Assembly: GCA_020854015.1 (NCBI GenBank)
Contig: JADZGG010000053.1
Location: 1 to 33,747, forward strand
Source of the DNA: Flavobacteriales bacterium
GTDB lineage: Bacteria; Bacteroidota; Bacteroidia; Flavobacteriales_F; PHOS-HE28
DNA length: 33,747 bases
Direction of reading: 5' to 3'
Shown here piece after piece: positions 1 through 9,639 of this stretch. How positions within the stretch are numbered: position 1 is the stretch's first letter; every line of letters begins with the position of its first letter. The notes under the pieces are model-generated. The model was given only the letters and a program-made list of their open reading frames with translations, made no database searches and had not been told where the DNA came from. Both the position numbers and the translations under genes were made by a program.

Positions 1-1
1 C

Positions 2-394
2 AAGCACAAGAAAGAGTCCGAAGTGCTGCGTGAGCGTGATATGCTTTTTGCCTTAGTGGAGAATAAGGATCCTGCCAAGGAGATCCTGTTCGTCAAGAGC
101 AACAGCCGCTTGGTGAAGCTCAAGATGAGCGACATCTATTACATAGAGGCGCTGAAGGATTACGTGGTGATCAACACGTTGAACACCCGGTACACCATCC
201 ACAGCACCATGAAGGACATTGAGGCCAAGCTGCAGGACAGCGACTTCCTCCGCGTGCACCGCTCCTTCATCGTTCGTATCGACAAGATCGTGGCCATCGA
301 ACAGCCCAACCTGATCCTGGAGAACGACAAGAAGATCATTCCGATCGGCGGCAGCTACAAGGATGATCTGGCCAAGCGGCTGAACCTCGTCTAG
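2..394 (+). CDS. LytTR-domain DNA-binding protein, C-terminal part of a LytR/AlgR-type response regulator (5' end lies outside the window)
   Basis: The frame is open from base 2 to TAG at 392-394. Translation ...LVKLKMSDIYYIEALKDYVVINT...FLRVHRSFIVRIDKIVAIE... fits the LytTR domain pattern. Confidence 0.85.
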   Translation, partial: KHKKESEVLRERDMLFALVENKDPAKEILFVKSNSRLVKLKMSDIYYIEALKDYVVINTLNTRYTIHSTMKDIEAKLQDSDFLRVHRSFIVRIDKIVAIEQPNLILENDKKIIPIGGSYKDDLAKRLNLV

Positions 395-396
395 GC

Positions 397-2676
397 TTAG
401 CGCCTCTTTTTCTTCCCCAACGCTTTTCGGCTGCGCTCCCGCGACCGCGACGTGGACTTATTGCGTGCGGCCTGTGTTGCGCTGCTCGAAGAGGGTCGCG
501 TCTCCTCCCATTCGGCGATCGGCTGTCCGGCGCGCTTGGCGGTGCTGGCATCAAGCATGGCCAGCTCCACGGTGCGCTTGTCCATATCCACAGCGCGGAT
601 CTTCACGGTCAGCTCATCGCCCAACTGGAACTTCCGACCGGTGCGCTGGCCCACCACGCAATAGCGCTCCTGATCGAACTTGAAGTGATCGCCCGGCAGA
701 TCGCGCAGGCCGATCATGCCTTCGCATTTGTTGGCGCGAAGCTCCACGTAAATACCCCAGCTGGTAAGCCCGCTGATGATGCCCACGAAGGTCTCGCCGA
801 TGCGAGCCAGCAGGTACTCGGCCTGTTTGTACTTGATGCTGGCGCGCTCCGCATCGCTGGCGCGCTTCTCCATGTTGCTGCTGTGCTTGCAGCTCAGCTC
901 CAATTTCCCCTGGTCCAGGTGCTTTCCCCCGGCCAGATAGTGGGCCATGGCCCGGTGTACCAACAGATCAGGGTAGCGGCGGATGGGGGAGGTGAAGTGC
1001 GTGTAGTGTTCGAAGGCCAGGCCGTAGTGGCCGATGTTCTCTGTGCTGTAGATGGCTTTTGCCATGCTGCGGATCGTGAACTGCTTGATGATCTTCTCCT
1101 CCTCCAAACCTCTGATGGAGGTCAGCAGGCGGTTGATGGCGTGTGGCAGGTCGTCCTCGCGGTTCACGGTGAGTTCGTGGCCGAAGCTCTTGGCCAAGGA
1201 GCGAAGCTGGGCCACCTTCTCGGGGTCCGGTAGGTCGTGGATCCGATAGACAAAGGGCGGAACCCCCCCCTTCTTCTGCTTGCCCACCCAGGCGGCCACC
1301 CGCTTGTTGGCCAGCAGCATGAACTCTTCGATCAGCCAATTGGCGGGCCCCATCACCTTCTCATACACGCCGACGGGGGCGCCCTTCTCATCCAACTTGA
1401 ACTTCACTTCGTTGCCCCCGATCTCCAATGCGCCGTTCGCGATCCGCTCCTTCCGCATGATCTGCGAAAGTGCATGAAGTGTGAGGACCTCGCGCTTGTA
1501 GTCGCCTTCGCCACCATCGATGATCGATTGTGCTTCCGCATAGGCGAACCGCCGGCGTGAGCGCATGACCGTACGACCGAACCATTCGCTCTTGATCCGG
1601 GCCTTCTCATCCATTTCGAAGATGGCACTGAAGCTCAACTTGTCAGTATCCGGGTTCAGGGAGCAGAGGTCGTTGCTGAGCTTTTCGGGTAGCATGGGCA
1701 CCACGCGGTCCACCAGGTAGACACTGGTGGCGCGTGCAGCGGCTTCCATATCGACCACCGTGCCCGGACGTACGTAATGGCTGACGTCGGCAATGTGGAT
1801 GCCGACCTCCCAATTCCCATTGTCCAGCTGTTTCAGGCTAAGCGCATCGTCCAGATCTTTGGCATCATCGGGGTCGATGGTGAGGGTGGGCGTGTCGCGC
1901 ATGTCCCTTCGCGTCGCAAGCTCTGCTGGCGTACAGCCATTGGGGATCTCCTCGCTGGCCTTGATCACGCTTTCGGGAAACTCCAAGGGAAGCCCGAACT
2001 CGGCGAGGATGGCATGCATCTCCACCTGATGCTCCCCGGCGCGCCCCAACACGCGTACCACCCGACCGCGAGCCAACTCACGGCTGTCCTTCCATTCCCC
2101 CAGTTCGATGATGGCCTTATCGCCTTCACGGGCGTTCAGCGCATCCGCCGCTGCGATCAGGAATGGGCGCTGCACGCGCTGGTCGTCAGCTACCAGGACC
2201 AATCGCCCCTGGTGCTTGTGGATCGTTCCGACGAACTCGGTCCGGCGTCTGCTGAGCACCTCCATGATCCGGCCCTCAGGTCTGTCACCGCGGCCCTGCC
2301 CGATGCGCACCTTCACCCGGTCCCCATGGAGCGCCATGCCCACGTTACCTGGGTGGATGTACACGTCGTTGCCCTTGTCGTCACCCTCCAAGCGGACGTA
2401 GCCACCGCCGCTGGCAATGATGTCGATGGTGCCTTCGGCCTCGGCGCGGTTCTGCGAACTGATGTAGCGCCCCTTCTTGCCGCTGTGGATCCGCCCGGCG
2501 TCCAACAGGGCATCGATCGCGTCGAATACCACGTACCGCTGGGCCTTGTCGCGAATGCCGAGCTGTATGGCCAATTGTTGGCTAGTGATGCCAGCGTGTC
2601 CTGCGCGTCGGATGGCGGCCAGGACCTGTTGTTCGATGGGGGAAGGGTCGGGAGATGAGCTCTGTGCGCGGGACAT
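397..2676 (-). CDS. rnr: Ribonuclease R (RNase II/VacB family 3'-5' exoribonuclease)
   Basis: The ORF runs to a GTG at 2730; I prefer the ATG at 2676 (MSRAQSS...). It has the RNB catalytic motif TIDPDDAKDLDDALS, a C-terminal S1 domain (GIISGLTSWGIYVEL) and a Lys/Arg/Ser-rich tail. Stop is TAA at 397-399. Confidence 0.95.
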   Translation of the reverse strand: MSRAQSSSPDPSPIEQQVLAAIRRAGHAGITSQQLAIQLGIRDKAQRYVVFDAIDALLDAGRIHSGKKGRYISSQNRAEAEGTIDIIASGGGYVRLEGDDKGNDVYIHPGNVGMALHGDRVKVRIGQGRGDRPEGRIMEVLSRRRTEFVGTIHKHQGRLVLVADDQRVQRPFLIAAADALNAREGDKAIIELGEWKDSRELARGRVVRVLGRAGEHQVEMHAILAEFGLPLEFPESVIKASEEIPNGCTPAELATRRDMRDTPTLTIDPDDAKDLDDALSLKQLDNGNWEVGIHIADVSHYVRPGTVVDMEAAARATSVYLVDRVVPMLPEKLSNDLCSLNPDTDKLSFSAIFEMDEKARIKSEWFGRTVMRSRRRFAYAEAQSIIDGGEGDYKREVLTLHALSQIMRKERIANGALEIGGNEVKFKLDEKGAPVGVYEKVMGPANWLIEEFMLLANKRVAAWVGKQKKGGVPPFVYRIHDLPDPEKVAQLRSLAKSFGHELTVNREDDLPHAINRLLTSIRGLEEEKIIKQFTIRSMAKAIYSTENIGHYGLAFEHYTHFTSPIRRYPDLLVHRAMAHYLAGGKHLDQGKLELSCKHSSNMEKRASDAERASIKYKQAEYLLARIGETFVGIISGLTSWGIYVELRANKCEGMIGLRDLPGDHFKFDQERYCVVGQRTGRKFQLGDELTVKIRAVDMDKRTVELAMLDASTAKRAGQPIAEWEETRPSSSSATQAARNKSTSRSRERSRKALGKKKRR

Positions 2677-2733
2677 GGACAACGAAGGTCGCACAAAGGG
2701 AAGTTGCCCGTGCTGGAGCTTCACCAACACGTG

Positions 2734-2763
2734 TTGATAACCTGCGGAGGATCACTACATTTG
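2734..2763 (+). promoter_or_regulatory. Bacteroidota-type sigma-A promoter for prs (-33 TTG, -7 TACATTTG)
   Basis: TTG at 2734-2736, a 19-nt spacer, then an exact TAnnTTTG match (TACATTTG) at 2756-2763, about 55 nt upstream of the prs ATG. Confidence 0.45.
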
Positions 2764-2818
2764 CAGCCCCTTTCTCCCGCCGACCGGGCGAGAGGGCATC
2801 GCATCACTTGATAGCCCC

Positions 2819-3766
2819 ATGTACGAAAGTGCCAAGATCTTCAGCGGGACCGCGACGCGGTACCTGGCCGAGAAGATCGCTGCCAACAGCGGCGAGCGAC
2901 TTGGTGAAGTGACGGTGAGCCGTTTCAGCGATGGGGAGTTCCAGCCCAGCTTTGAGGAAACGGTACGGGGCGAACTGGTGTTCATCGTACAGAGCACCTT
3001 CCCACCCAGCGACAACCTTTTCGAATTGTTGATGATGGTGGATGCCGCCAAGCGCGCCAGCGCCAAGCGCATCGTAGCGGTTATGCCGTATTTCGGCTTC
3101 GCCCGGCAGGACCGCAAAGACAAGCCGCGGGTCAGCATTGGCGCCAAGTTGGTGGCCAACATGCTTACGGCCGCCGGTGTCGACCGGATCATTTGCATGG
3201 ACCTGCACGCTGACCAGATCCAAGGCTTCTTCGAAGTTCCTGTTGACCACTTGTTCGCGAGCAGCATTTTCCTGCCGCACATCAAGGAGATGGGTTTGCC
3301 CAATCTGTTGATGGCCGCGCCGGATACAGGCGGAACCAAACGGGCCAGTGCCTATGCCAAGCACCTTGGCGTGGACATGGCCATTTGCTACAAGCAGCGC
3401 AAGGTGGCCAACCAGGTGGAGAGCATGACGCTGATCGGCGATGTGAAGGGCAAGGATGTGGTGTTGGTCGATGACATGATCGACACCGCAGGCACCCTCA
3501 CAAAAGCGGCCGACATGATGATGGAGCAGGGTGCCAGTTCCGTGCGTGCCGTGTGCACCCACGCCGTGTTGAGCGGTCAGGCGTGTGAGCGCATCCAGAG
3601 CAGCGCCCTTACCGAGCTCATCGTTACCGATACCATTCCGATCAGTGAGGCCAAGCGGGCCGCCACCGACAAGATCAAACAGCTTTCCGTTGCGCAATTG
3701 TTCGCTGACGTCATCAAGCGTGTGCGCAACCACGAGAGCATCAGCAGCCATTTCATCATCGCCTGA
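2819..3766 (+). CDS. prs: Ribose-phosphate pyrophosphokinase (PRPP synthetase)
   Basis: 315 aa. Contains the DLHADQIQGFF and PRPP-binding VLVDDMIDTAGTL motifs, and has a typical prs N-terminus and length. Confidence 0.97.
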   Translation: MYESAKIFSGTATRYLAEKIAANSGERLGEVTVSRFSDGEFQPSFEETVRGELVFIVQSTFPPSDNLFELLMMVDAAKRASAKRIVAVMPYFGFARQDRKDKPRVSIGAKLVANMLTAAGVDRIICMDLHADQIQGFFEVPVDHLFASSIFLPHIKEMGLPNLLMAAPDTGGTKRASAYAKHLGVDMAICYKQRKVANQVESMTLIGDVKGKDVVLVDDMIDTAGTLTKAADMMMEQGASSVRAVCTHAVLSGQACERIQSSALTELIVTDTIPISEAKRAATDKIKQLSVAQLFADVIKRVRNHESISSHFIIA

Positions 3767-3839
3767 CAAAGCCCAGGCGTCACCCAGACGAATAGACCGT
3801 CAAATCAATCAAAGCCGCGCCGGCCAGGCGATCGTGACC

Positions 3840-4493
3840 ATGAAGAAGGTAGAACTCAGCGGCAGCGTACGCGCCGAACAAGGGACCAAGGGCGCCGTGC
3901 AGCTTCGCCGTGAAAAGCGCGTGCCCTGCGTGCTGTACGGTGGAGAAAAGACCCTTTCGTTCAGCTTGGAAGAGGCGCCCCTGAACAAGTTGATCCACAC
4001 CCCTGAGGTGTATCGGTTCGAGCTGGACATCGATGGCCAGAAGGTCATGGCGATGGTCCACGACAAGCAATTCCACCCCACCAGTGACCGCTTGCTCCAC
4101 GTCGACTTTTTCGAGCTCAGTGAGAACAAGGAGGCGCGCGTGACCCTGTCCCTCCGCTTGGTGGGTCAGAGCCCAGGCGTTCGCAAGGGCGGCAAGCTCA
4201 GCCAGCCACTGCGCAAGCTGCGCGTGAAAGGCTTGCCCGCAGTGATCCCCGATCACCTGGAGTATGATGTGAACTCGCTCGATCTCGGTGATAGCATCCG
4301 CGTAAGCGACCTTAAGTTCCCTGGCGTATCTGTGCTGGAGCGCGCCACCGACGTGGTAGTGGCCGTGAAGATGCCTAAGAAGGTGGAGGAAGCGGCCCCT
4401 GGAACTCCTGCAGCTGCCGGCGCCGCCCCCGCTGCCGGTGCCAAAGCCGCCGCTGCACCTGCCGCCGCTGCGAAACCCGCTGCCAAGAAGTAA
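3840..4493 (+). CDS. rplY: 50S ribosomal protein L25 / general stress protein Ctc, with an Ala/Pro/Lys-rich C-terminal tail
   Basis: In-frame ATG at 3840 (MKKVELSGSVRAEQGTKGAVQLRREKRVPCVLYGG...); the 85 upstream codons of the track ORF overlap prs and are not L25-like. The prs-L25-pth order is the classical arrangement. Confidence 0.92.
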   Translation: MKKVELSGSVRAEQGTKGAVQLRREKRVPCVLYGGEKTLSFSLEEAPLNKLIHTPEVYRFELDIDGQKVMAMVHDKQFHPTSDRLLHVDFFELSENKEARVTLSLRLVGQSPGVRKGGKLSQPLRKLRVKGLPAVIPDHLEYDVNSLDLGDSIRVSDLKFPGVSVLERATDVVVAVKMPKKVEEAAPGTPAAAGAAPAAGAKAAAAPAAAAKPAAKK

Positions 4494-4532
4494 GCCTAGG
4501 GCATTGCCCACCGCTTATCCGGTCGAACGCGG

Positions 4533-5096
4533 ATGAAGTACTTGATCGTTGGCCTTGGTAACCCGGGTCCGGAGTACGCGAACACCCGCCACAACATCGG
4601 TTTCATCGTGTTGGACGCCCTCGCCCGGGCGTCCAACATCGTTTTCAGCCCCGACCGTTACGGCGACCGAGCAGAGCTCCGGCACAAAGGGCGCACGTTG
4701 ATCCTCATCAAGCCAAGCACCTTCATGAACTTGAGCGGCAAGACCGTGAGGTATTGGATGGAGCAGGAGAAGATCGTCAGCGAGCGAGTGCTGGTGATCG
4801 CGGACGACCTTGCGCTACCCTTTGGTAAGATTCGGTTGCGGCCCAGTGGTGGTGCAGGCGGACACAACGGACTCACCAGCATCATCGAATTGACCGGCAC
4901 CGAGACCTTCCCCCGGCTCCGGTTCGGGATCGGCAGTGAGTTCTCCCGCGGAAAGCAGGCGGACTATGTCCTCAGCCCTTGGAATAAAGAAGAGGCAGCC
5001 GCGCTCGATGAACGCGTGAAGATCTGTTGCGAGGCCATTCTTGACTTCGGTCTGATGGGTATCGGTCATGCCATGAACACCTTCAATACACGCTGA
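4533..5096 (+). CDS. pth: Peptidyl-tRNA hydrolase
   Basis: 187 aa, starting MKYLIVGLGNPGPEYANTRHNIGF..., the canonical Pth N-terminal signature. Confidence 0.96.
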   Translation: MKYLIVGLGNPGPEYANTRHNIGFIVLDALARASNIVFSPDRYGDRAELRHKGRTLILIKPSTFMNLSGKTVRYWMEQEKIVSERVLVIADDLALPFGKIRLRPSGGAGGHNGLTSIIELTGTETFPRLRFGIGSEFSRGKQADYVLSPWNKEEAAALDERVKICCEAILDFGLMGIGHAMNTFNTR

Positions 5097-5150
5097 ACAC
5101 AGGCCTTATGCCGCGTGTTACCTTTCGCCCATCAACATCCGAACGACCCC

Positions 5151-5672
5151 ATGCTGAGCAAGAAGATCGAAGCGGCACTGAACGGCCAAGTGGCCGTTGA
5201 GGCCAGCAGCAGCCAAGCCTATCTCGCCATGGCCTCCTGGGCGGAGAACCAAGGTCTCAGTGGTACCGCCGCGTTCCTTTACCGCCACAGCGATGAAGAA
5301 CGCATGCACATGCTGAAGCTGGTCAAGTTCATCAATGAACGGGGCGGAAAGGCCGTGATCCCTGCGCTGAAGCAGCCCGGTACCAACTTCAAGTCCATCA
5401 CTGACATTTTCCAGGCCCTGCTCCACCACGAGACCAAGGTGACCCAGGAGATCAATGGTGTGGTGGACACCTGCCTGAAGGAAAAGGACTACACCACGCA
5501 CAACTTCATGCAGTGGTACGTGGGTGAGCAGATCGAGGAGGAAGCCCTGGCCCGCACTTTGATCGACAAGTTGAACCTGATCGGCAACGACAAGGGCGGC
5601 TTATACCTGTTCGATCGCGACCTACAGGGAATGACCGGCATGGCCAGCGGAAAGGGCGGGGCCAACGCCTGA
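5151..5672 (+). CDS. ftnA: Non-haem ferritin
   Basis: ATG at 5151 (MLSKKIEAALNGQVAVEASSSQAYLAMASWA...EERMHMLKLVKFI...) shows the ferritin di-iron ligand pattern. The track ORF begins at an upstream GTG (5115), which I consider less likely. Confidence 0.9.
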   Translation: MLSKKIEAALNGQVAVEASSSQAYLAMASWAENQGLSGTAAFLYRHSDEERMHMLKLVKFINERGGKAVIPALKQPGTNFKSITDIFQALLHHETKVTQEINGVVDTCLKEKDYTTHNFMQWYVGEQIEEEALARTLIDKLNLIGNDKGGLYLFDRDLQGMTGMASGKGGANA

Positions 5673-5674
5673 GC

Positions 5675-7159
5675 CTACCAGCGCCAATCACCCCCGATCC
5701 GGAGCTTCTCTTCAAGACCTTCTTGGATCAGTCGGTCACGCAACGCCATGTCCGTAAAATGTGCGGGTAGTGTATCCGCATCCGCAAGAGCGGTCAGCAG
5801 CATGCCCACGAAGCGCACGTTGTCCAGCATGGCCTGCGGGTCCACGAGGTGGATGTCGTCGCAACTGCTGTGGTAGCAGCCATAAACGTGGCTTCCCAGA
5901 TCGCTATGTGGATTGATCACCGGAACGCCGGCGAGCATGAAGGGCTGGTGGTCGCTGTGAAGCCAGGCACCGGTGGTGGTGCGTCCTGCGAACGAAGCAC
6001 TGTCCACCGTTCGGATCCCGGTATTGATCAACTCGATCTGCTCCTTCCAACCCGATGGGCCCATCACACCAAAGCCTTGCGGATGACCGGTCATGTCCAT
6101 ATTCACCATGCACCTGATGCGATCCAGTTCACCGGAGGCGCGGTACTGTTCCACCAAGGCCTTTGATCCCAATAAGCCCTGTTCTTCACCCATGAACAGA
6201 ACGAAGCGTATTGTGCGTCTTGGCTTGATGTCGCAGTTTTTCAGGCACCGGGCCATGTCAAGAATGCTGAACGAACCCAATCCGTTGTCAGTAGCGCCGG
6301 TGGCCAGGTCCCAGCAATCCAGATGACCGCCCACCAACACCACCTCGTCGGCCAGGTCGGATCCTTGGATCTCCGCAACGATGTTCCTCGCGGTTACGAC
6401 CTCGCTCTCATTGGCCATGTTCAGCGCCCCTACAACTTCCTTTCCACCAGCAAGCCAACGCCGAACAAGCGCCCCATCCTCGCTGGAAATGCAAGCGGCG
6501 GGGATGCTGATCAGGTCACCATTGACTGATGCCGTTCCTGTTAGCAGGACGTGTCCTTCAACATTGTTCACGAACAGCACTGCGGCAGCTCCGGCCTCGA
6601 TGGCCAGTGCCGTTTTTTCGCTTCGGTGCAAGTTGCTTGCCTCTTTGGGTGCGCCCACCAGCCCCAGGTTCACCAGAACGATGCGGCCTCTGATGTGCTC
6701 TTTGGAGCGCGCAAGGTCTTCGGGCAAGCCGTTGCCAACATCGAGCAAACCGCCCCTGACCGATGCCAGGACAGGAGAATGGGCGAGGGCGACACAGGCA
6801 GGCCTGAAACTGCTGTCCGCAGCGCTCAGCAACAAGCCCACGGAATCGCGCTGCCAGGCCCGGGCTCGAAAGGGGGCGTAATGGACCGCAGCCAACCCCG
6901 AGGCTCGAAAAAGGCTATCGGCAAGGACTTCAGCCTTGGCGCCATGGGTCGTGCCGGTCAGCCGGTGACCGATGTGTTCCGCGCTCCAGACCAGCCAAGG
7001 GTGGCCCATGGGCGTCTGTTTCGCGCACCCGTCGATACGCGGAAAGAGATCCCGTGAAGCCTGCGAGTGAACATCACAATGTGAAAAGAACAACAGCCAC
7101 GACAAGGAGAGCCCGAGGAGGGTGCCGCTACTTTGCCGTGTGCAGTATTGGTTCGACAT
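5675..7159 (-). CDS. M28-family metallopeptidase with inserted PA domain (secreted aminopeptidase-like)
   Basis: Zn-ligand regions GGHLDCWD...ATDNGLG, FMGEEQGLLGS and HSDHQPF are present. ATG at 7159 gives a signal-peptide-like N-terminus (MSNQYCTRQSSGTLLGLSLSWLLFF). The longer ORF to 7312 would overlap the divergent yfiR-like gene. Confidence 0.85.
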   Translation of the reverse strand: MSNQYCTRQSSGTLLGLSLSWLLFFSHCDVHSQASRDLFPRIDGCAKQTPMGHPWLVWSAEHIGHRLTGTTHGAKAEVLADSLFRASGLAAVHYAPFRARAWQRDSVGLLLSAADSSFRPACVALAHSPVLASVRGGLLDVGNGLPEDLARSKEHIRGRIVLVNLGLVGAPKEASNLHRSEKTALAIEAGAAAVLFVNNVEGHVLLTGTASVNGDLISIPAACISSEDGALVRRWLAGGKEVVGALNMANESEVVTARNIVAEIQGSDLADEVVLVGGHLDCWDLATGATDNGLGSFSILDMARCLKNCDIKPRRTIRFVLFMGEEQGLLGSKALVEQYRASGELDRIRCMVNMDMTGHPQGFGVMGPSGWKEQIELINTGIRTVDSASFAGRTTTGAWLHSDHQPFMLAGVPVINPHSDLGSHVYGCYHSSCDDIHLVDPQAMLDNVRFVGMLLTALADADTLPAHFTDMALRDRLIQEGLEEKLRIGGDWRW

Positions 7160-7208
7160 GGGATCGGAATGGAAGCTGCGTTCCTGGAAGGGTGCGCGGA
7201 CCAAAAGT

Positions 7209-7763
7209 ATGTTCCCGAACAGGCGTATTGCTGGCGTGCCTCGACTGGTGCTCCTTCTGCTGACACCCCTGCTGCTCTGTGCCACTGATCCACGTGAAGC
7301 CGACAAGGACACCTCGGCGATCGTGCAGGCCAGCTACATCTACAACATCGCGAAGCTGGTGGAGTGGAAGGACCCCGCCCTGAAAAGCGGCAACTTCAAG
7401 ATCGGCGTCATCGGGAACACCAACCTTTACCAGGAGCTGATCAAGAAGTACGCCACCAAGAGCATCGGGAAGCAGCCCATTGAAGTGCTGAAGTTGCCAC
7501 GTTCGGCCGACGTGGAGAACTGTCACATCCTGTTCATTGGTCAGGCAGACCTGAACCTGATGCCTGCACTGTACAAGCATCTGAAAGGGAAGTCCACTCT
7601 GTTGATCACCGAATACCAAGGCGCCTTGGAGGACGGCAGTACCGTGAACTTCGTGCGCGTGGACAACACGTTGAAGTATGAGATCAGCTTGGTGAACGCC
7701 GGGCACCATAAGCTGGAGGTCGGCACTACGCTCGTCAACCTGGCCCATCACGTCACGAAATGA
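7209..7763 (+). CDS. YfiR-family (DUF4154) periplasmic protein
   Basis: ATG at 7209 gives a signal peptide (MFPNRRIAGVPRLVLLLLTPLLLCA). The body (ASYIYNIAKLVEWKD...FKIGVIG...CHILFIG...TLLITE...VNFVRVDNTLKYEISLVNA...L) follows the DUF4154/YfiR pattern. Confidence 0.8.
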   Translation: MFPNRRIAGVPRLVLLLLTPLLLCATDPREADKDTSAIVQASYIYNIAKLVEWKDPALKSGNFKIGVIGNTNLYQELIKKYATKSIGKQPIEVLKLPRSADVENCHILFIGQADLNLMPALYKHLKGKSTLLITEYQGALEDGSTVNFVRVDNTLKYEISLVNAGHHKLEVGTTLVNLAHHVTK

Positions 7764-8659
7764 TCACGGCGCGCCGCATATTTCTGGTCGTGATGGCCCT
7801 TTGCTGGGCGGCCTTGGTCATGGCCCAGCCTGATGCCCTCGTGAATGCCAACAGGAAATACCAGGAGGGTGACCTTGCAGGGGCGCGCGCCCTATTGGAT
7901 GCTGCGGTGAAGGACCCCGAGCATGCTGGCGCACCTGAGGCCTGGGTGCTCCGCGGTTTCGTATACAAGGACCTCTATAAGCAAGCCCCACAAGGCCCGG
8001 ACGCCAGTGTACTTCGTGATGAGGCCATGGCCAGTCTATACCTGAGTACAGAGCTTGATACCGCCAAGGAGTTCAGCCAAAGCAGCTTGCAGGCCTATGA
8101 TTTCCTGGCGAAGACCATGTACAACGATGCGGCCCGTGCGCTGAATGAACTGGACCACGAGAAGGCAAAGACGCTCTTCAGTAAGTACAAGGGTTCCGTG
8201 CTTCGGATCGACCCCGCCCATGATTTCAAGGAGCGGGACGTGGAATTCAACAACGCCCTGGGCACCGTTTACACCAAACGCTTCAACCAGACGCGCGAAG
8301 AGCAAGAGTGGTTCGACAACGCGGTGAGCACTTATCAACTCGTCATGGAACTTGACTCCGGTAATTACGGAGCCAATTACAACCTGGCCACGCTGTTCTA
8401 CAACCGGGGCGTCTACAACATCCAGCAGATCAGCGCGGAGAACGACATTCCGAACATTCAACGGATCCAGGAAGTGAGCCGCGACTACTTCATGCAAGCA
8501 CTGCCCTATATGCTCAAGGCCTTTGAGATGAATCCCAAACGTCGCGAGACCTTGCTCGGCCTTGAGGGCATCTACTACAGCCTACAGGACGAAAAGCAGA
8601 GCGACCATTACCGACAGCTTTTCGAGGCCCTCGAAAGCGAACAGCCCCAGGACCGCTAA
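7760..8659 (+). CDS. Secreted helical-repeat (TPR-like) protein, function unknown
   Basis: The start overlaps the yfiR-like stop in ATGA (7760-7763). It has a signal peptide (MITARRIFLVVMALCWAALVMAQP) and TPR-like helices (AWVLRGFVYKDLYK, ANYNLATLFYNRG, ALPYMLKAFEMNPK...). I recognise no specific family. Confidence 0.65.
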   Translation: MITARRIFLVVMALCWAALVMAQPDALVNANRKYQEGDLAGARALLDAAVKDPEHAGAPEAWVLRGFVYKDLYKQAPQGPDASVLRDEAMASLYLSTELDTAKEFSQSSLQAYDFLAKTMYNDAARALNELDHEKAKTLFSKYKGSVLRIDPAHDFKERDVEFNNALGTVYTKRFNQTREEQEWFDNAVSTYQLVMELDSGNYGANYNLATLFYNRGVYNIQQISAENDIPNIQRIQEVSRDYFMQALPYMLKAFEMNPKRRETLLGLEGIYYSLQDEKQSDHYRQLFEALESEQPQDR

Positions 8660-8664
8660 GGCCC

Positions 8665-9627
8665 ATGCATTTCCGGATGACCATCGGACGCAAGATCGGG
8701 ATGGGCTTCGGCCTGTTCATCTTCTTCGCGTTGCTCGTGGTCCTGCTCACGAACCGGACCCTGGAACGCAGCCGACACATCAACGACCAGATCAACCACG
8801 TGTATTCACCCAGTGTGGACGCGCTGGTCCATTTACGCAATGTGTTAGTGAACGCGCACATGCTGATCAAGCACTGGGCACAGGTCGAGAGCATTCCCGA
8901 TGCACCGGAAAAGACCGCCCTTGTGGAACTTACCACACGGGACCTGCCCGCTGTATTGGATCGGATCGATACGCTGTCCGCGCACTGGGGAAAGGAGGAG
9001 GTGGCCCTCTTCAATCGCACTACCACGGAGATGCAGGAGCTCTTCACCATGCACGACCGCATCAAGGAGCTACTGCCATCGCTGGAGAGCTACCGTGACC
9101 CCATGGCGTGGATGGAGCGTAGCGACATGGCTGAGGAGGGAGGGCCCTTGGATGAACGCACCCAGAAGGTCCTGGACGATCTGGACGTGCTCATCAAGCT
9201 ACAGGAGTCGAAACGTCAGCAGCTCAGTGGCAACATGATTCGAAGCTTCGATTCGTTGAAGTTCTTCGTTCTGTATCTGGGCACTGGATTGCTGGTCATC
9301 GGGGCGGTGATCGCCTTCTTGATCGTTCGTGGCATTGTACGCCCGGTACAGCGTCTGCGTGGCGTTTTGTTGAACCTTGGGCGTGGTGTTTTCCCCAGGT
9401 CCCGCATACCTGATCGCAACGACGAGATCGGCGAAATGACCAAGGCGCTCATGGGCCTCATTGATGGTTTGAAGCGCACGACGGATTTCAGCCACGCCGT
9501 TGCGGCCGGAGACTTTCAGACCGAGTACCACCCACTTAGCGAAGAGGATGTTCTTGGCCACGCTCTTCTGAAGATGCGCGCCGAGCTGGGCGAACGTGAG
9601 CGCGTGCTGGAGCAGAAGGTGAACTAA
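8665..9627 (+). CDS. Membrane sensor half: TM1, periplasmic helical domain, TM2 and HAMP domain (N-terminal part of a split HAMP-SpoIIE phosphatase)
   Basis: Two hydrophobic segments (GMGFGLFIFFALLVVLL and FFVLYLGTGLLVIGAVIAFLIV) are followed by a HAMP-like IVRPVQRLRGVLLNL...NDEIGEMTKALMGLIDGLK. It ends at TAA 9625-9627, which is in frame with the next ORF. Confidence 0.8.
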   Translation: MHFRMTIGRKIGMGFGLFIFFALLVVLLTNRTLERSRHINDQINHVYSPSVDALVHLRNVLVNAHMLIKHWAQVESIPDAPEKTALVELTTRDLPAVLDRIDTLSAHWGKEEVALFNRTTTEMQELFTMHDRIKELLPSLESYRDPMAWMERSDMAEEGGPLDERTQKVLDDLDVLIKLQESKRQQLSGNMIRSFDSLKFFVLYLGTGLLVIGAVIAFLIVRGIVRPVQRLRGVLLNLGRGVFPRSRIPDRNDEIGEMTKALMGLIDGLKRTTDFSHAVAAGDFQTEYHPLSEEDVLGHALLKMRAELGERERVLEQKVN

Positions 9628-9639
9628 CGCACCGAAGAG

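Noticed and set aside
1263-1270. A C8 homopolymer (G8 on the coding strand) inside rnr, and the (CAC)6 run at 19661-19680 in the marC-family gene, considered as possible phase-variation tracts.
   Set aside because: The rnr frame is intact across the tract, and a core RNase is an unlikely contingency locus. The trinucleotide run is in frame, so slippage only changes a Val tract. Both are noted only as potential sequencing-error hotspots.
9625-9627. The idea that the in-frame TAA reflects stop-codon reassignment or a different genetic code.
   Set aside because: TAA terminates several well-defined genes here at their expected ends: rnr at 397-399, L25 at 4491-4493, the PP2C ORF at 10447-10449 and pgk at 33357-33359. 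TAG and TGA also behave as stops, so the standard bacterial code fits.
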